Of a stretch of 55,622 nucleotides of DNA, positions 37,874-51,490 are shown piece by piece; positions within the stretch are counted from its first letter, which is position 1, and every line of letters begins with the position of its first letter. The notes under the pieces were generated by a model. That model was not told where the DNA came from, ran no database searches, and was given only the letters and a program-made list of their open reading frames with translations. A program made the position numbers and the translations under genes. Source of the stretch: Octopus bimaculoides. Its lineage: Eukaryota. The DNA lies in contig NC_068989.1 in assembly GCF_001194135.2 (NCBI RefSeq), forward strand, positions 77,782,747-77,838,368, written 5' to 3'.

Positions 37874-40424
37874 TTAATATAGGCAGAAAGTCTCATATAA
37901 CGGAAAGACGGTGGGTGGGGTTAAACCTGAGTTCGGTATGGTTTCAATATTAATAGACGAAACTAAATACCCTGAGAGATTTCATAGGCGAACCACCATA
38001 ATTTCCAACAGTCTTCCTATACATATTACACTGTTGAACTGTTAATTGCAAATGTGGATTAATTTAAACGTTATAGTGATAGACACAATCATATATGCCA
38101 TTAAATAACTGTCATTAACGTTCTGAATTCAAGCCAAAATGTTGTGGACTTTATATTTCAGTTTACTTGGATCAAGAAATTGCGGTAGCGGCTATGTATT
38201 TGCTTCACTAAACGGATTTCACAACAAAATTATTTGTCGTAATATGACTATGCTGGGAATTAGTTAATTATTAATCCACATAGTATGGCGTTAACGAAGT
38301 GGTTGAGATAACGGTATTGAGTCTCATCTTGGTTAAATTAAATTTACTTCTCTTCTCTAACTGATATTATAGAGAAAAGCATAAAAACAACTACCTCATC
38401 GTTTGTTGCATAGAACAGTGTGCTTGAATTCAATCGCTAGGAATCAAATTTTGAAACGGGAATACGCACTCATTTGGTTCATATCACCAATTAATTTCTA
38501 CTTAATTTTTGAAACAATTAAACATCATTTAAACTGCTAATGAACGTCAAAAGTCATAACTATCACTATTACATAATTAGAAGACAGAAAGGAAAAATTT
38601 TGGTTTTGTTATGACATATACTGGAAGAAAAGGTGCTCTAGCAGAAAAGACAACGTTCAGTAATCAGTGGCGTCCATCTACTTTTCAAAGACATAAATAA
38701 GGCCAGATTTAGATTTAGGCTTTCAATGGCCCAAATGCTGATGAAATGAGTACCAGTTATACACTGGTTATTGTTTAATCGAAAATATATATATATATAT
38801 CATTCTTCATAACAATATATGTCTATGTATATATATATATATATATATTTATAATTGTTCATAACAATTTAAACATGCAAAGTTAAGGAATTTACTACTA
38901 ATGTAGTAGAATTAGCACATTGAATGATTTCCAAATGAAGTATTCACTAAGTGCTCTCACTTTCCCACCTCTCTCTCTCACACACACACACGCACACGCA
39001 CTACATATGCGCACACAAATAAACATACAGATACACACATGCACACACACACTTTCTTACTTTTAATGATTTAAACTAAGCTATGCGAAAGGCCGTTGGA
39101 CACAACTGAGAAAGTCCTTTACCATTTTCTAACAGAAAATGACAACGACTTCCGAATTGTCTTCTGATACAAATGTTGCTTGACATTAAACTGTATTAAT
39201 ATATATGAAAGGAGTTGCATAGACAGCATTCAACCTACTTTTTAGTCACCATCGTATGATATTTTTCCGAATAGTCTTAGCTTACAGCGAGCGACATAAT
39301 TTCGATTGTCATTGGGTTTAAAGTATTTTGAAACCAAATAAGAAAACTAGATAATAGAAAAGTGATTTTAAATATTTTTCAATGGGGAAATATTCGATTA
39401 TCGATACACAAGTGAACTAAAGAAATTAATTAGTTTCTTAATTAGATATAATTATTTGAAAGGATAAGACATATCGTTTATATACATGGGACCAATTGTC
39501 ACAGACTACGAAAATTGTCCAATATATTCTAAATTTAAATCCCTATGGTATTGGGTAGATATCGACCTCTTTCAATTTATTAAGTAATTTATATATATAT
39601 ATANNNNNNNNNNNNNNNNNNNNNNNNNNNNNNNNNNNNNNNNNNNNNNNNNNNNNNNNNNNNNNNNNNNNNNNNNNNNNNNNNNNNNNNNNNNNNNNNN
39701 NNNNNNNNNNNNNNNNNNNNNNNNNNNNNNNNNNNNNNNNNNNNNNNNNNNNNNNNNNNNNNNNNNNNNNNNNNNNNNNNNNNNNNNNNNNNNNNNNNNN
39801 NNNNNNNNNNNNNNNNNNNNNNNNNNNNNNNNNNNNNNNNNNNNNNNNNNNNNNNNNNNNNNNNNNNNNNNNNNNNNNNNNNNNNNNNNNNNNNNNNNNN
39901 NNNNNNNNNNNNNNNNNNNNNNNNNNNNNNNNNNNNNNNNNNNNNNNNNNNNNNNNNNNNNNNNNNNNNNNNNNNNNNNNNNNNNNNNNNNNNNNNNNNN
40001 NNNNNNNNNNNNNNNNNNNNNNNNNNNNNNNNNNNNNNNNNNNNNNNNNNNNNNNNNNNNNNNNNNNNNNNNNNNNNNNNNNNNNNNNNNNNNNNNNNNN
40101 NNNNNNNNNNNNNNNNNNNNNNNNNNNNNNNNNNNNNNNNNNNNNNNNNNNNNNNNNNNNNNNNNNNNNNNNNNNNNNNNNNNNNNNNNNNNNNNNNNNN
40201 NNNNNNNNNNNNNNNNNNNNNNNNNNNNNNNNNNNNNNNNNNNNNNNNNNNNNNNNNNNNNNNNNNNNNNNNNNNNNNNNNNNNNNNNNNNNNNNNNNNN
40301 NNNNNNNNNNNNNNNNNNNNNNNNNNNNNNNNNNNNNNNNNNNNNNNNNNNNNNNNNNNNNNNNNNNNNNNNNNNNNNNNNNNNNNNNNNNNNNNNNNNN
40401 NNNNATATATATATATATATATAT

Positions 40425-40640
40425 ACATGTCTCTGAGTGTGTGCTTATATCTGTGCTTGTCTCTCAACCCCACTTGACTACCGCTGTTGGTGTGTTTACG
40501 TCCCCGTAAATTATGGCCCGGAAAATACAGAGATGGAATAAGTATTAGGCTTTAAAAAATTTGTCCGGGAGCCGATTTGGTCGGCTAAAACTTATCAAGG
40601 CGTTTCCTCAGCGCGACCGCTCTCAAATGATAAAGAAAAC
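40425..40640 (+). mobile_element. Family B SINE 3' half (5' half lost in gap)
   Basis: CTTGACTACCGCTGTTGGTGTGTTTACGTCCCCGTAAATTA...GAATAAGTATTAGGCTT...GATTTGGTCGGCTAAAAC..AAGGCG. Confidence 0.8.
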
Positions 40641-41944
40641 AAAAGATTGAAAATACTCTAATGAGACATGTCTTCCCATGGAATTAAAATAATTACCAGA
40701 TTTCCAATGTTTTAATACATACTTATTCTGCAGTTTCAATTCACCAGAAATTTCATTTAGTATGTATGCCTTACTTACAATGAAATATATATAGACCTGC
40801 ATTTGGGGACTGAATGCACTTCTTGAGGACAGAACATGAATCATAACCTCTTCCATACAGTATATGTATATACACGTATTATAGAAATGTGCTTCTATAT
40901 GAGCATGTATATGTATGTCTATATCCCGAATCATTTACCCGGCAATCACAGAGCCCATAAATTGTTTTTTCATTATTAACCAAGGAAACAGATTAGTACG
41001 AAGGTTCTGTACCCCTAATAATTATTTTCTCCAAATTATATTTATATATTCATAATCAACTGTATTTAATGGCTTGGTGAAAGGCGACGTGCATGCAGAA
41101 TACTGAGCATGTTGGGAAAGACAAATTATAGCTGTTTAACAACACATAAAGATGTTAATTTAACATTGAAGTTAAATGTAGTCCATGGTATGGTAAAACA
41201 GTACCCGCATAACTATTACATATATTCGTGTGTTGTGAAACGACTAGAACGTCTCTTCTTTTATGTATTATAACATCTTTCCCATTAGATATAGAACCCT
41301 ATTGTTACTGTTTGATACTACAGAAATTATAAACTTTCTACATCAGATGAAAATACGCCTTGATTAAGTAGTTGTTATAAGCTTCTTTTCAGCTTTAACC
41401 AGATGAAACTACACTAATTAATAAAGAATACAATACGAATACAAATGATTAATTATTTTCTCTCATAAATATATGTTCAGATTTAATAGTTTCTTCTTAT
41501 TTTGAATAAATATTAATATTGCGAATTAGAGGTTTCGTAATATTGTATTGTTTGTAAGAGTAATAACGTATATATTTCTTTTCTGCACCTGAAACTGTCT
41601 CTCATATAATATTTATTTATAATCTATATAATTCCGTACAGCTAGTATAGAAGGATTCAGAATTCATTGTACTCACACTTTTCACTGAGTGTTGTATGTG
41701 GCCTTCAGAATTGTTCTCCATTTAATACTGATATCCCTTGCATTGCCCATACTGTCAAGGACATACGTGTCTATGCACATGCAAACGTATAATTACTCAC
41801 ACATACCCACACATGCATGCACAACCATACACCCATACACACATGTATGCATTAGAAGTATCTGAATAGAAAGAGACTAGTTAGCTTTCTTTCTTTCTCT
41901 CTCCCACTCTCTCTCTCCCACTCTCTCTCTCCCACTCTCTCTCT

Positions 41945-42004
<60 letters not shown>

Positions 42005-42381
42005 ACACACACAAACACGCACATATATATAACCTTATATCAATACGCTCCCAACGCACACATATATACATGTGTGTTTGTAGCTGTGTGCGTGTATGTA
42101 TATATAGGTATGTGCGCGTGTGCATAGCACGTGAATCGTTTTACCATCAGTGATAGCTAATAAAAGCACAAGTTTATTGTTATGATTTACTTTTGTTTGA
42201 TTATGCATTAGTACAGGAATATGACCTACTTCTTCCTAACTTGGTTTCAGAAACATACCGGCTTACGAGATATCCCAGAATAATAACGCTTCGAGAAGTT
42301 TTTATTGTCATTAGTACCTCGTCTTTCATAACACACATTCATAGAATGTAGAACATTTTTTTCCCTCCACTTGTCTGCTAG

Positions 42382-42503
42382 GGTTGCTGGAAAGTTTCTG
42401 GTTTTGGGTGAAGAAAATACAGGAGGTCTAGTTCATTGTGATTTTATTCAACACCATTCCCCACCCGGGTTCACACACTTATTGCCACGTTCCTTCAGTT
42501 TTT
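42382..42503 (+). CDS. Candidate internal exon (122 nt)
   Basis: Strong acceptor ttttttccctccacttgtctgctag and donor TTT|gtaagt. Only phase 2 is open: VAGKFLVLGEENTGGLVHCDFIQHHSPPGFTHLLPRSFSF. Confidence 0.2.
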
Positions 42504-42669
42504 GTAAGTCCTGTAAAAGAACTCGAAACGTCGGGACTCTAATCAAGGCTTTCACGATACCTGTAAAGCGAAAAGCTTTTGAACAAACTTCGAATGTTAA
42601 GACGTAGAAATAAAATGAAGTGTTCTTTTATAAGTATAACCATTTATCTTCTAAATTTTACCAGTTGTA

Positions 42670-43030
42670 ATCACAGGACCACGGCCATGTTGGGTCACCA
42701 CCTCCAGTGGTTTTAGTCAACCAAATCGACCCCAGTACATAAATTTTCTTTAGAAAATATACTACTATTTATTCTACCGAAGCCCAAGCTTTGGCAGGAA
42801 GCACATAGACAAACATTGATACACATATATACACACACGAATACACACATATGCACGCGCGCGCACACACAGACACACAAGTCCATATACAGCTGGCTTC
42901 CACATATTTTCTTTCTGCTGAATTCGCTGACAAGGTACTGGTCGGCCCGGAGAGGTAATAAAACATACCACACAGTGAAACTGAACGCGAATCTACGTGG
43001 CTGCAAGGCGACTTCCTAGCTACCCAGCGA
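42670..43030 (-). mobile_element. Full-length family B SINE
   Basis: GGCCATGTTGGGTCACCACC..TTTTAGTC..AATCGACCCCAGTAC...TATTCTACCGA...(CA)n...GGTCGGCCCGGAG...CCACACAGTGAAACTGAAC..CTACGTGGCTGCAAGG. Confidence 0.8.
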
Positions 43031-45479
43031 TCGAATTTATTAACGTCATTACAGCGATTTTTGTAAATCAATAATTCTTTAGCAAATACATGGTACTTAA
43101 TTGCAGCTTAGTTTCTTTGTCGTGAAATTGCTTGATTGGGGCCTAATCATAAAAGATTATTGTCTCACAGACCTGTTTACTTCTGCACCTCCTACTGTAG
43201 TTGCGAGAGTTTTCTGTTGTAAATATATGATTTGATTCTTTTATGTATCTGCGTTCAGTTCATTTTTATGTTCTACGTAATTTCGAACTACATTTTCCTT
43301 AAAAATTGCATCTGCGTAATAATTTATTTTAATTACATCATGTTACACGTATTTGAGTGAAGAGTATAATCCGATTATGTAATGCGGTCCAGGAAAAATT
43401 TTCTACTAAGAAGGAAATCTTTATTTTCGTGCTCCTATGTTTAGCAGTGATCTTTCTGATTATGGACAAAAAATGAAAGACATGTTTCTATGTATATGGA
43501 CGTACATGAAGTTCTAAATACCGATAAGTATCGTACCTTTAAAATGCACTGTACAAATACACACACACGCACACATACATACACACACGCATATAGTTAG
43601 ACAAATATACATATATATGTATGCATATACATACTTAATATACACGCAAGTACACATATACGCAGATGCATATGCACACGCATATAACGTGCACACACAC
43701 ACACAAACACGCACTTATATATATGAGTAACTGATTTTCTGACACCCTTACACTGACGAGAATGAGTACGAGGTTTCTTGTATTTGTATTCAATATTTAC
43801 GATATTTTCTAATGACATAATCTACCATTCTATGACTGAACTGCGATTAATATATATGTGGACTTCACCTGCTTTTGTTGAATGTTGTATCTTTTGTATA
43901 TTGTGTAACCGGATTATTTTTCTATTATCACAATATGTTTGATGAATATTAATCAAGATTCCAAAATATAAATATGGTATTCTATCATTGGAGGGAAGTA
44001 TAGGAGCTTTTGCGTGAATGATCCTTCAGCAGTATAAGTAGGCACAGAAATCAGATCAACAAAGACACGATACAGTTAGTATCGCAAATTTTAACTGAAT
44101 TATTTAACATATTCTTATCGATAATACTCATATTCAAAATATATTTCAAAGGACTTTAATCAATCTATTTCTGAATATTTTGTTGACAATACCAAAACTT
44201 GCATGAAATTTATCTCTAATAGTTTCAAAATTGCTCAGTTAAATACTAATTTCTCCTCATTACCTAAGAGATTATTTGGAACCTAGCAGTTAAACGTTTT
44301 TGAGGTTTCGTATTTTTTTGCATAACCCTTCTATAAGCAGGACTGCAGTAACGATATCACCAACTGATTTGTTGCCAAAATCAGTTACGCATAATTGTGT
44401 ATGCAAAGTGATTCACTGTAAGCCCAGACATCAATTAAGGATCTTCAAAAGGTTTCCTTCCAATCACTTTTTCTCCATTATTTTTATTTGGCATCAAAAA
44501 ATATAAAAAAAGAAATTTAATTTTCAAGTCCAGATTAACTCACGTAATTATATGTCCTAACCACATTCTTTTTTATTTGTAGTTTGTAAAATTTAGATAG
44601 TTGCTCAAACAGATATTCATGACAGCAATCATGCCTTTTAAGGACTCTTAAATGTTGCTACAAAGTTAAAATTGATGTTTAAACTTGTCTTAATTATCTT
44701 AAATTAATTTTAAAATACCTTTAAAATTGTGTATCAGTTTACACGGAAAATAATTAAGAACTTTATTGACATCATTTTATATGAAACCATACAAATAAAA
44801 TTGAATCATCCCTAACAGGTCTAGCTAGGTATACACTGCATCCATTAACACGAAGATCAAACACATCGTCCAATAATGGGCGTCACAATAATGTGTTTCT
44901 TTTCAAGAATATAAACACATAATCGTCACCTATCAAAGCAAGTCACTACAACTTCCTTATTAAATGTTACACGACAGGCACCTTCAAAATTTTACAAATG
45001 CAGGTATGATATCTCTTAATAACATAATATAAACAGCATTACAAACATTTCATATGTCATTATGTATTCTCATTAGAGTCATTAATAAATACGAATAAAC
45101 CACATTTCATTGGTAGTTGACATATTGCTCAAGTAAGTTTGCTAATGATTAGAGTGATCAGTTGAGAGGATACAACTGAACATTGACATCATTAAAAGAA
45201 ATAACCACCGAAAAACAAAGAGAATACTGAAACCAATTGATGTACTGTTTGATGTATGTGTTTCCTAAGGTAGAGGAACGCTCTCTACTCCATTAATTCT
45301 GAAATGTTGCGTTATTCCATGGCCATAAACTAAGCCTTATATCTGTTCTAGAACTTATAAAATACAGCTACACATCTTGCTAAACGTCTTACTGAATTAT
45401 TCCATTCAGATTGCAAAATCCACAACTATAAAACATATAGTTGCCGGATTTATTTTCATACAAACTGAAAAACGATATT

Positions 45480-45547
45480 CATGTTGATTATATATTCATA
45501 TACATACATACATACATACATGTTGATTATATATTCATATACATACA

Positions 45548-45570
<23 letters not shown>
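45480..45570. repeat. 39-bp tandem duplication fused to (CATA)n
   Basis: CATGTTGATTATATATTCATATACATACATACATACATA twice. Confidence 0.9.
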
Positions 45571-45580
<10 letters not shown>

Positions 45581-46981
45581 GCATACGCAAAATGTACATG
45601 GAGATCACTAACATAATCACCGAGTAATATGAGTACGAACGATTACAAATAATTGAAGGCAGTGCATTACCATATACATAGTCCAATAACTGAAACAAGC
45701 AAGGGAGTAGATTAATAGTATATTGAATTTAGGTGTCTAAAAAAAGAAAAAATAATGGGCAAGCAATCCGTTGTGTATTAAAATAGACGTTTATATCCTC
45801 CATTTATTTGCTTGGTCACGTTACCGGTCGCAATGCTACAACGCGCTTCCATATATGCATGGCTTCCAGTTTTATACTTAGCTGGTTTTCTCCGACTGAA
45901 AAAGAAGTGATGTTTTTCGCTTTTAAACTCCATTTAACAAATTCAAATGTCTTGAGAGATTTCTGAAGTAAAAAGAAAAATAGAAAAATGGAAATAAAAT
46001 ATAATGAGTTTCAGAGTGATAAAAAATATTTAGCTAATTTCAATATAGTATATACGAGTGAATTCATTGGCAGATTTATGAAAGTTAACGCTTAACAATG
46101 TAAAGAAATGTGTAATATAAAATAAAATAATTTGCTCGAGCGTTACTTCTGTAAGGAATTCAAAATAATTGCATTTCAAATATATTTATATGCCATCAAA
46201 CATTTATAACGTATGAAACATAAATTATGTTTTGTGAATAGAGTATAGATGTAGGCCGGAAATAAGTAGATTTAAAACCAGGAAAGTAGATGTATAGTTA
46301 ATATATTGCGTATGAATTTATACAGAATATCAAATCAACTAAAGATATGAATTTATGGTTAAACAAACTAAAAAGAAATGTTTGTTCAAACGATCAGTAA
46401 ATAACTCCGATGAGGTGCTGTTCCACTTTGACACTGATCCGTACGTGTGAAATATATATACGGTCTTAAATTTTCATAATAATCGATACAAGAATTATAA
46501 AATTAAATATCAATTGTGCATCGTTTTTCAAACATTATTTCAGGTGACTCCACAAAAGTATTTGTGAAAGAGTGCTATAAACACAAATAAATATGCAATA
46601 TAATATTTTTCACAATATAATTGACAATCAATAGGTTTATGAAATTTCGTCCTTCCTTTTCTAAGAAAAGGAAAGAATAGAATTTAATATTTATGACGCT
46701 ACAAGTGGTGTTTGAATAACATAGTTAATGAAAGTGTAGATATAAAAACTTTTCAGAGAAGGTTCAAAGATTTATAATGGCAAAGGCCAAATTACTAAAA
46801 CTTGAATTTTATAAAATTAAAAGTGAATATGTTTTGTTATATATGAATGTATGCAAGCGATTTGTACGTGTGTATGTGCGTGTGTACGCATGTGTATGAA
46901 TTTCAGTTCGTATCATATTTGTATCTACGGATATATATTTATATATATGTATTTATTTGTATATATATATATATGTATATG

Positions 46982-47084
<103 letters not shown>

Positions 47085-48272
47085 CCACTTACGCCCGTGC
47101 GCGCACACATACACATGCACAGACACACATGTATATATAATATAGAATACCCGGCGTTGTCCACCTTTAGCAGTAACTAGAAATGACTCAGAATTGCTCC
47201 TAAAGGAAATATATCTCGTTTAATGGAGTTCTATTCCTGTTTCTCTACAAGACGTAAGAAATTAATGTAGCTGATTTCCAATATATTTGCTGCAATCTGC
47301 TATCCAATGCACCGTGCTACGGATAGGGACTTAGTATTAGTAGCATAGGGAATAATTTAAAAGCATACTGAATAAGAGAATACAATCCTTTAAATGTAGA
47401 CATGTTTTCAATTTGAAACTACTAATAAACTCAATATGCATTTTTTTTTCTTAATTTTCATTTTGGAATTTGGAATTCCTAATTAAATGATTTTGATAAA
47501 TTGAGAAGACTGTATCTGGGTGGCATTATTTTGATCTTGTTGATGAAGGCTACATTGTAGATTGCACCTATGTAGTTTACTTCCACGCCGTGATGTATCT
47601 TTCGAGTTTGATGCTTGAAATCCTCAATAATGTTTTCACGACATATGAACTAATGCTAAAGGAGATTGTGTGGTTTCTAGCCGTTTAAGAGTATGGCAAA
47701 AAGAAACCAAAGGCTCCCGTATGCTTGAAATATAGGAACTTCTGAAATGTTAGATTACACTGGATACGCTTCAACAGAAATCCAAATAAAAATCATATCT
47801 TCTTGTAGGTGGGGCACATTTTGTCATCGTCACCTCGAAGGTCTTGAAATTAACTTGAGCTTCCTACACTGGGAATAGAAAGTTCTAGATTCCTTGATAT
47901 CAGGAGGCGTCTACAATATTCTTCCAATAATACAGCAAAACTTACGTAAGTTACACATTCTGTCCTTCACTAGACTTCCGTGTTGTTCCAAGTATACAAG
48001 GGCGACAACTGAAGCTACAACAATGCGTTTGCAAATATATCCTAGAGACACCTGTGTCCTTTGAGTTTGGCACTTGCTTTTCAACAGCCACATGATTATA
48101 GCAAATCGTCCTATCAACCTTACTGGAAAACCTGGTTATCTTCATCAATGAAAAACGCAAAACAAAACCCCATCATTGTTGTCACTGTTATTTTTCTGTA
48201 TCAGCAAATGTTTCGACGTCAAACCCATGGATAACGTATTTTCAGAATTTGTGTGATAGGCTTTATTTGCAG

Positions 48273-48412
48273 GACACAAAAGTGATGCGTGTTTAAAAAG
48301 GCTTGATCAGGAGTGGGCATCGGAAAATTATCCATCAGTTGTCAAAAATGACAATATCCAATCTAGATTTAGAAAATCCTCTTCTGTTTCTTTTCCTTCG
48401 GAAATACTATAG
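48273..48412 (+). CDS. Candidate terminal exon
   Basis: Acceptor ctttatttgcag with in-frame stops immediately upstream. The phase-1 frame reads xHKSDACLKRLDQEWASENYPSVVKNDNIQSRFRKSSSVSFPSEIL*. Confidence 0.22.
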
Positions 48413-49681
48413 TCATATTTATATGTATAGGTCACTTTGACACGTTGCTTTGCAATACGTATAGTGAGCGCATTGTCTTCAGATTAATGTGAATCCTGTT
48501 CCAGTTAAGGAGATCATACAAATGACCGATGCAGGATTTCACAACAAAGCTAAAGATTACATTTGCCATAATTGGAATTAACTGGAATTACTTAAGGTAT
48601 GTCGCAATTAATTCGACTAGAGCAAATCATATTTGATAATCAGATTATAACGTATATGAGGAAGCCCATTCTTTTTTAAGGAATTTGAAGCATTTCGAAA
48701 CAGAAAGGGGAAAGCTACTTTTGGTCATGACCGCAATTTGATGCTGTTTAATTTTTTTTTTTTTTGTCGCCGTTGAAATTAATGAAAATTAGTTGACGTT
48801 TTAATTATTGTACCTCACATGTATATTTGCATAATCAGCAACAGCTCTGCTAAAACTATTGCCTTGATATAGAAAAATACATTGCAATACACGGGAAAAG
48901 GAAGCGAGGGAAAAAAGACGGGAAGTAGAAAAGCTTTTAAAGAGGAACAGTAAGAGGGCTAGATTTGTAAAACACATTGATTCACCACGGAGGGCTAGCA
49001 AAGGAGAGTAGGCGAGCGATAGCAGCAGAGAAAATTGTGTATGAATGTGTATGTGTGTGTGTGTGTGTGTGTGTGCGTGTGTGTGTATGTGTGTATGTGT
49101 GTGTGTGTGTGCGTGTGTGTGTGTGTGTGTGTATGTGTGTGTGTGTGTGTGTGTGTNNNNNNNNNNNNNNNNNNNNNNNNNNNNNNNNNNNNNNNNNNNN
49201 NNNNNNNNNNNNNNNNNNNNNNNNNNNNNNNNNNNNNNNNNNNNNNNNNNNNNNNNNNNNNNNNNNNNNNNNNNNNNNNNNNNNNNNNNNNNNNNNNNNN
49301 NNNNNNNNNNNNNNNNNNNNNNNNNNNNNNNNNNNNNNNNNNNNNNNNNNNNNNNNNNNNNNNNNNNNNNNNNNNNNNNNNNNNNNNNNNNNNNNNNNNN
49401 NNNNNNNNNNNNNNNNNNNNNNNNNNNNNNNNNNNNNNNNNNNNNNNNNNNNNNNNNNNNNNNNNNNNNNNNNNNNNNNNNNNNNNNNNNNNNNNNNNNN
49501 NNNNNNNNNNNNNNNNNNNNNNNNNNNNNNNNNNNNNNNNNNNNNNNNNNNNNNNNNNNNNNNNNNNNNNNNNNNNNNNNNNNNNNNNNNNNNNNNNNNN
49601 NNNNNNNNNNNNNNNNNNNNNNNNNNNGTGTGTCTGTGTGTGTGTGTGTCTGTGTGTGTGTGTGTGCGCGCGTGTGTGTGA

Positions 49682-49719
<38 letters not shown>

Positions 49720-50689
49720 GGCGATCATTGTTGGGTTATTGTTTCGTTGCTGTCGAAATATAGTCAATTCAATTTCTTATGTTTTAGTTCACTACTACCA
49801 CCATCATAGCTTTGATAATACTTCGGAGTTGTTAAACAAGTGATTTGATATTAAATCATGTAGTGAACCTGAAGCAACTCCATCGTGGAATATTCATGAC
49901 AAGCTGTTTAGGTATACCGTATATTCACGAACAATATTAGATTACAGTGAGATATTGTTGATAAATAAAAATATTACATCACCAAAATTATTATTTATAC
50001 TATTCTAATACAAGATCATAAAAAAGATTTAATTTAATATCGCTTGTATATATTAAACGGTAATACGGTTTATTCAACGATGCAAACATAACTATTTTTG
50101 CTTCTTACAATAACTCTGATCTTGTACTAGAAACTACTAGATACAATGTAATGGTAAATAAATAAATGTTATACTTATTAGTCTTTTGAAAAATATCATA
50201 TTCCGTGTAGAAATGGCTTCACTATTCAAACTGAAGATTGTTCGTATCATTCAACACATATGTAGCCTTTAACGAATATTACTATGATATTATCGATTTT
50301 TGAATATATTTCCTCTGCCGTTCCAAATCCTCGCAGTAATGCATATACAGATGCTACTCAAAATTACAATATTTATTTCGGTTAGCATTTAATATTTTTC
50401 ACGAAATTTGTTTATATTACAACCACTTTCTTTGAGAAATGGGAACTATTACAGTATTTGAGAGCGTATTTAATGCTTTGATATAAATATATATATATCA
50501 GGAAAACATCCTTTCCCGCTGGTTAACGACACACAACCTGTGTGTCTTATAGTGAGTATGGGAGTGAACCACTCCCACTCCAGCATAGCAAAACTAGCAG
50601 ACCGGCCGGTTTCTAGGTGTCTCTTCTTTATATATTGCGAGTAAGGACCGATAGCTGCCATGCCTAGCAGGCGAACGTCCTGTACTGAG

Positions 50690-51026
50690 GCTGGGATCTT
50701 TTATTACCAGGAATTGGCTTGCTAGAGGTAGTAGCAGACTGCGTATATTGTTTTCAGTTATTGAACACTAGTTTGCGGAACATTCAACTGTTTTGTTATA
50801 TCCTTTTTGATCATTCCAGCTGTTTTCAAAGCGACAATCTGGTCAGGCTTTCTTTTCGAAGACATGTTTGTTTAGAGACCTGTTAGAGACGAACGAAACA
50901 ATAGACACATGATCAAAAGATATATGCAAATCTTTATTTAAAATGTAGATAATATTACCTGAACCGATATTCTTTTATTCTTTAGGAAGAGTTTTAAACA
51001 TGGGTAAAACTTACTGGAACAACCTG
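50690..51026 (-). mobile_element. Tc1-like DNA transposon 5' end
   Basis: TA|CAGGTTGTTCCAGTAAGTTTTACCC TIR-like end. ATG at 50865 gives MSSKRKPDQIVALKTAGMIKKDITKQLNVPQT..KQYTQSATTSSKPIPGNKRS (paired-like HTH start). Confidence 0.65.
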
Positions 51027-51109
51027 TATATATATATAAATATGCATAGGTGATAACACCAAATGTTTTCAGCTAGTCATGCAATTACCAAAGGCATGTG
51101 ACCTAGTTG

Positions 51110-51420
51110 AGTGCTTATTGTTTAATCAGGTGGTACATTTGTCGTCTTAAGCAGTTTCACAGGTTCCAATACTGACGGAAAGGAGAGCGAGGGAGGAGGC
51201 ATCCTCCAGCCGAAAACTTAACTCAGGTGCTTAAAAAGTAACGGACCCCATGAAAAGCAACCAAGGTTCTGAGTGATGGTGTTAAACTAGGTGCCGGGCC
51301 ACGGTCAATTCTACCACCCAAGTGGGACATGGCAGTATTCGAACTCAAAACGCAAAGGACTGGAACAACTATCGCAAAACATGGACCAACATCATTACGG
51401 TTTAATCAATGTACCACATT
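51110..51420 (-). mobile_element. Family A-related SINE variant, diverged
   Basis: GGCAGTATTCGAACTCAAAACGCAAAGGACTGGAACAACTATCGCAAAACAT is the reverse complement of a tRNA-like head. Confidence 0.55.
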
Positions 51421-51490
51421 GGAACGGTGCTTTTTTTTTGCAACCTTAAAGAAAATTAAATTATTCATCTGATTTTTACAATCAGTAGTA

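Noticed and set aside
47700-48220. Apparent Cys-loop receptor motifs (TTMRLQIYPRDTCVL, KPGY..TPSLLSLLFF) on + and an iGluR-like SLWFLFAILLNG on -
   Set aside because: The spacing from the putative Cys-loop to pre-M1 is only about 22 aa against roughly 65 expected. The iGluR-like segments are out of order with no SYTANL. Treated as chance resemblance.
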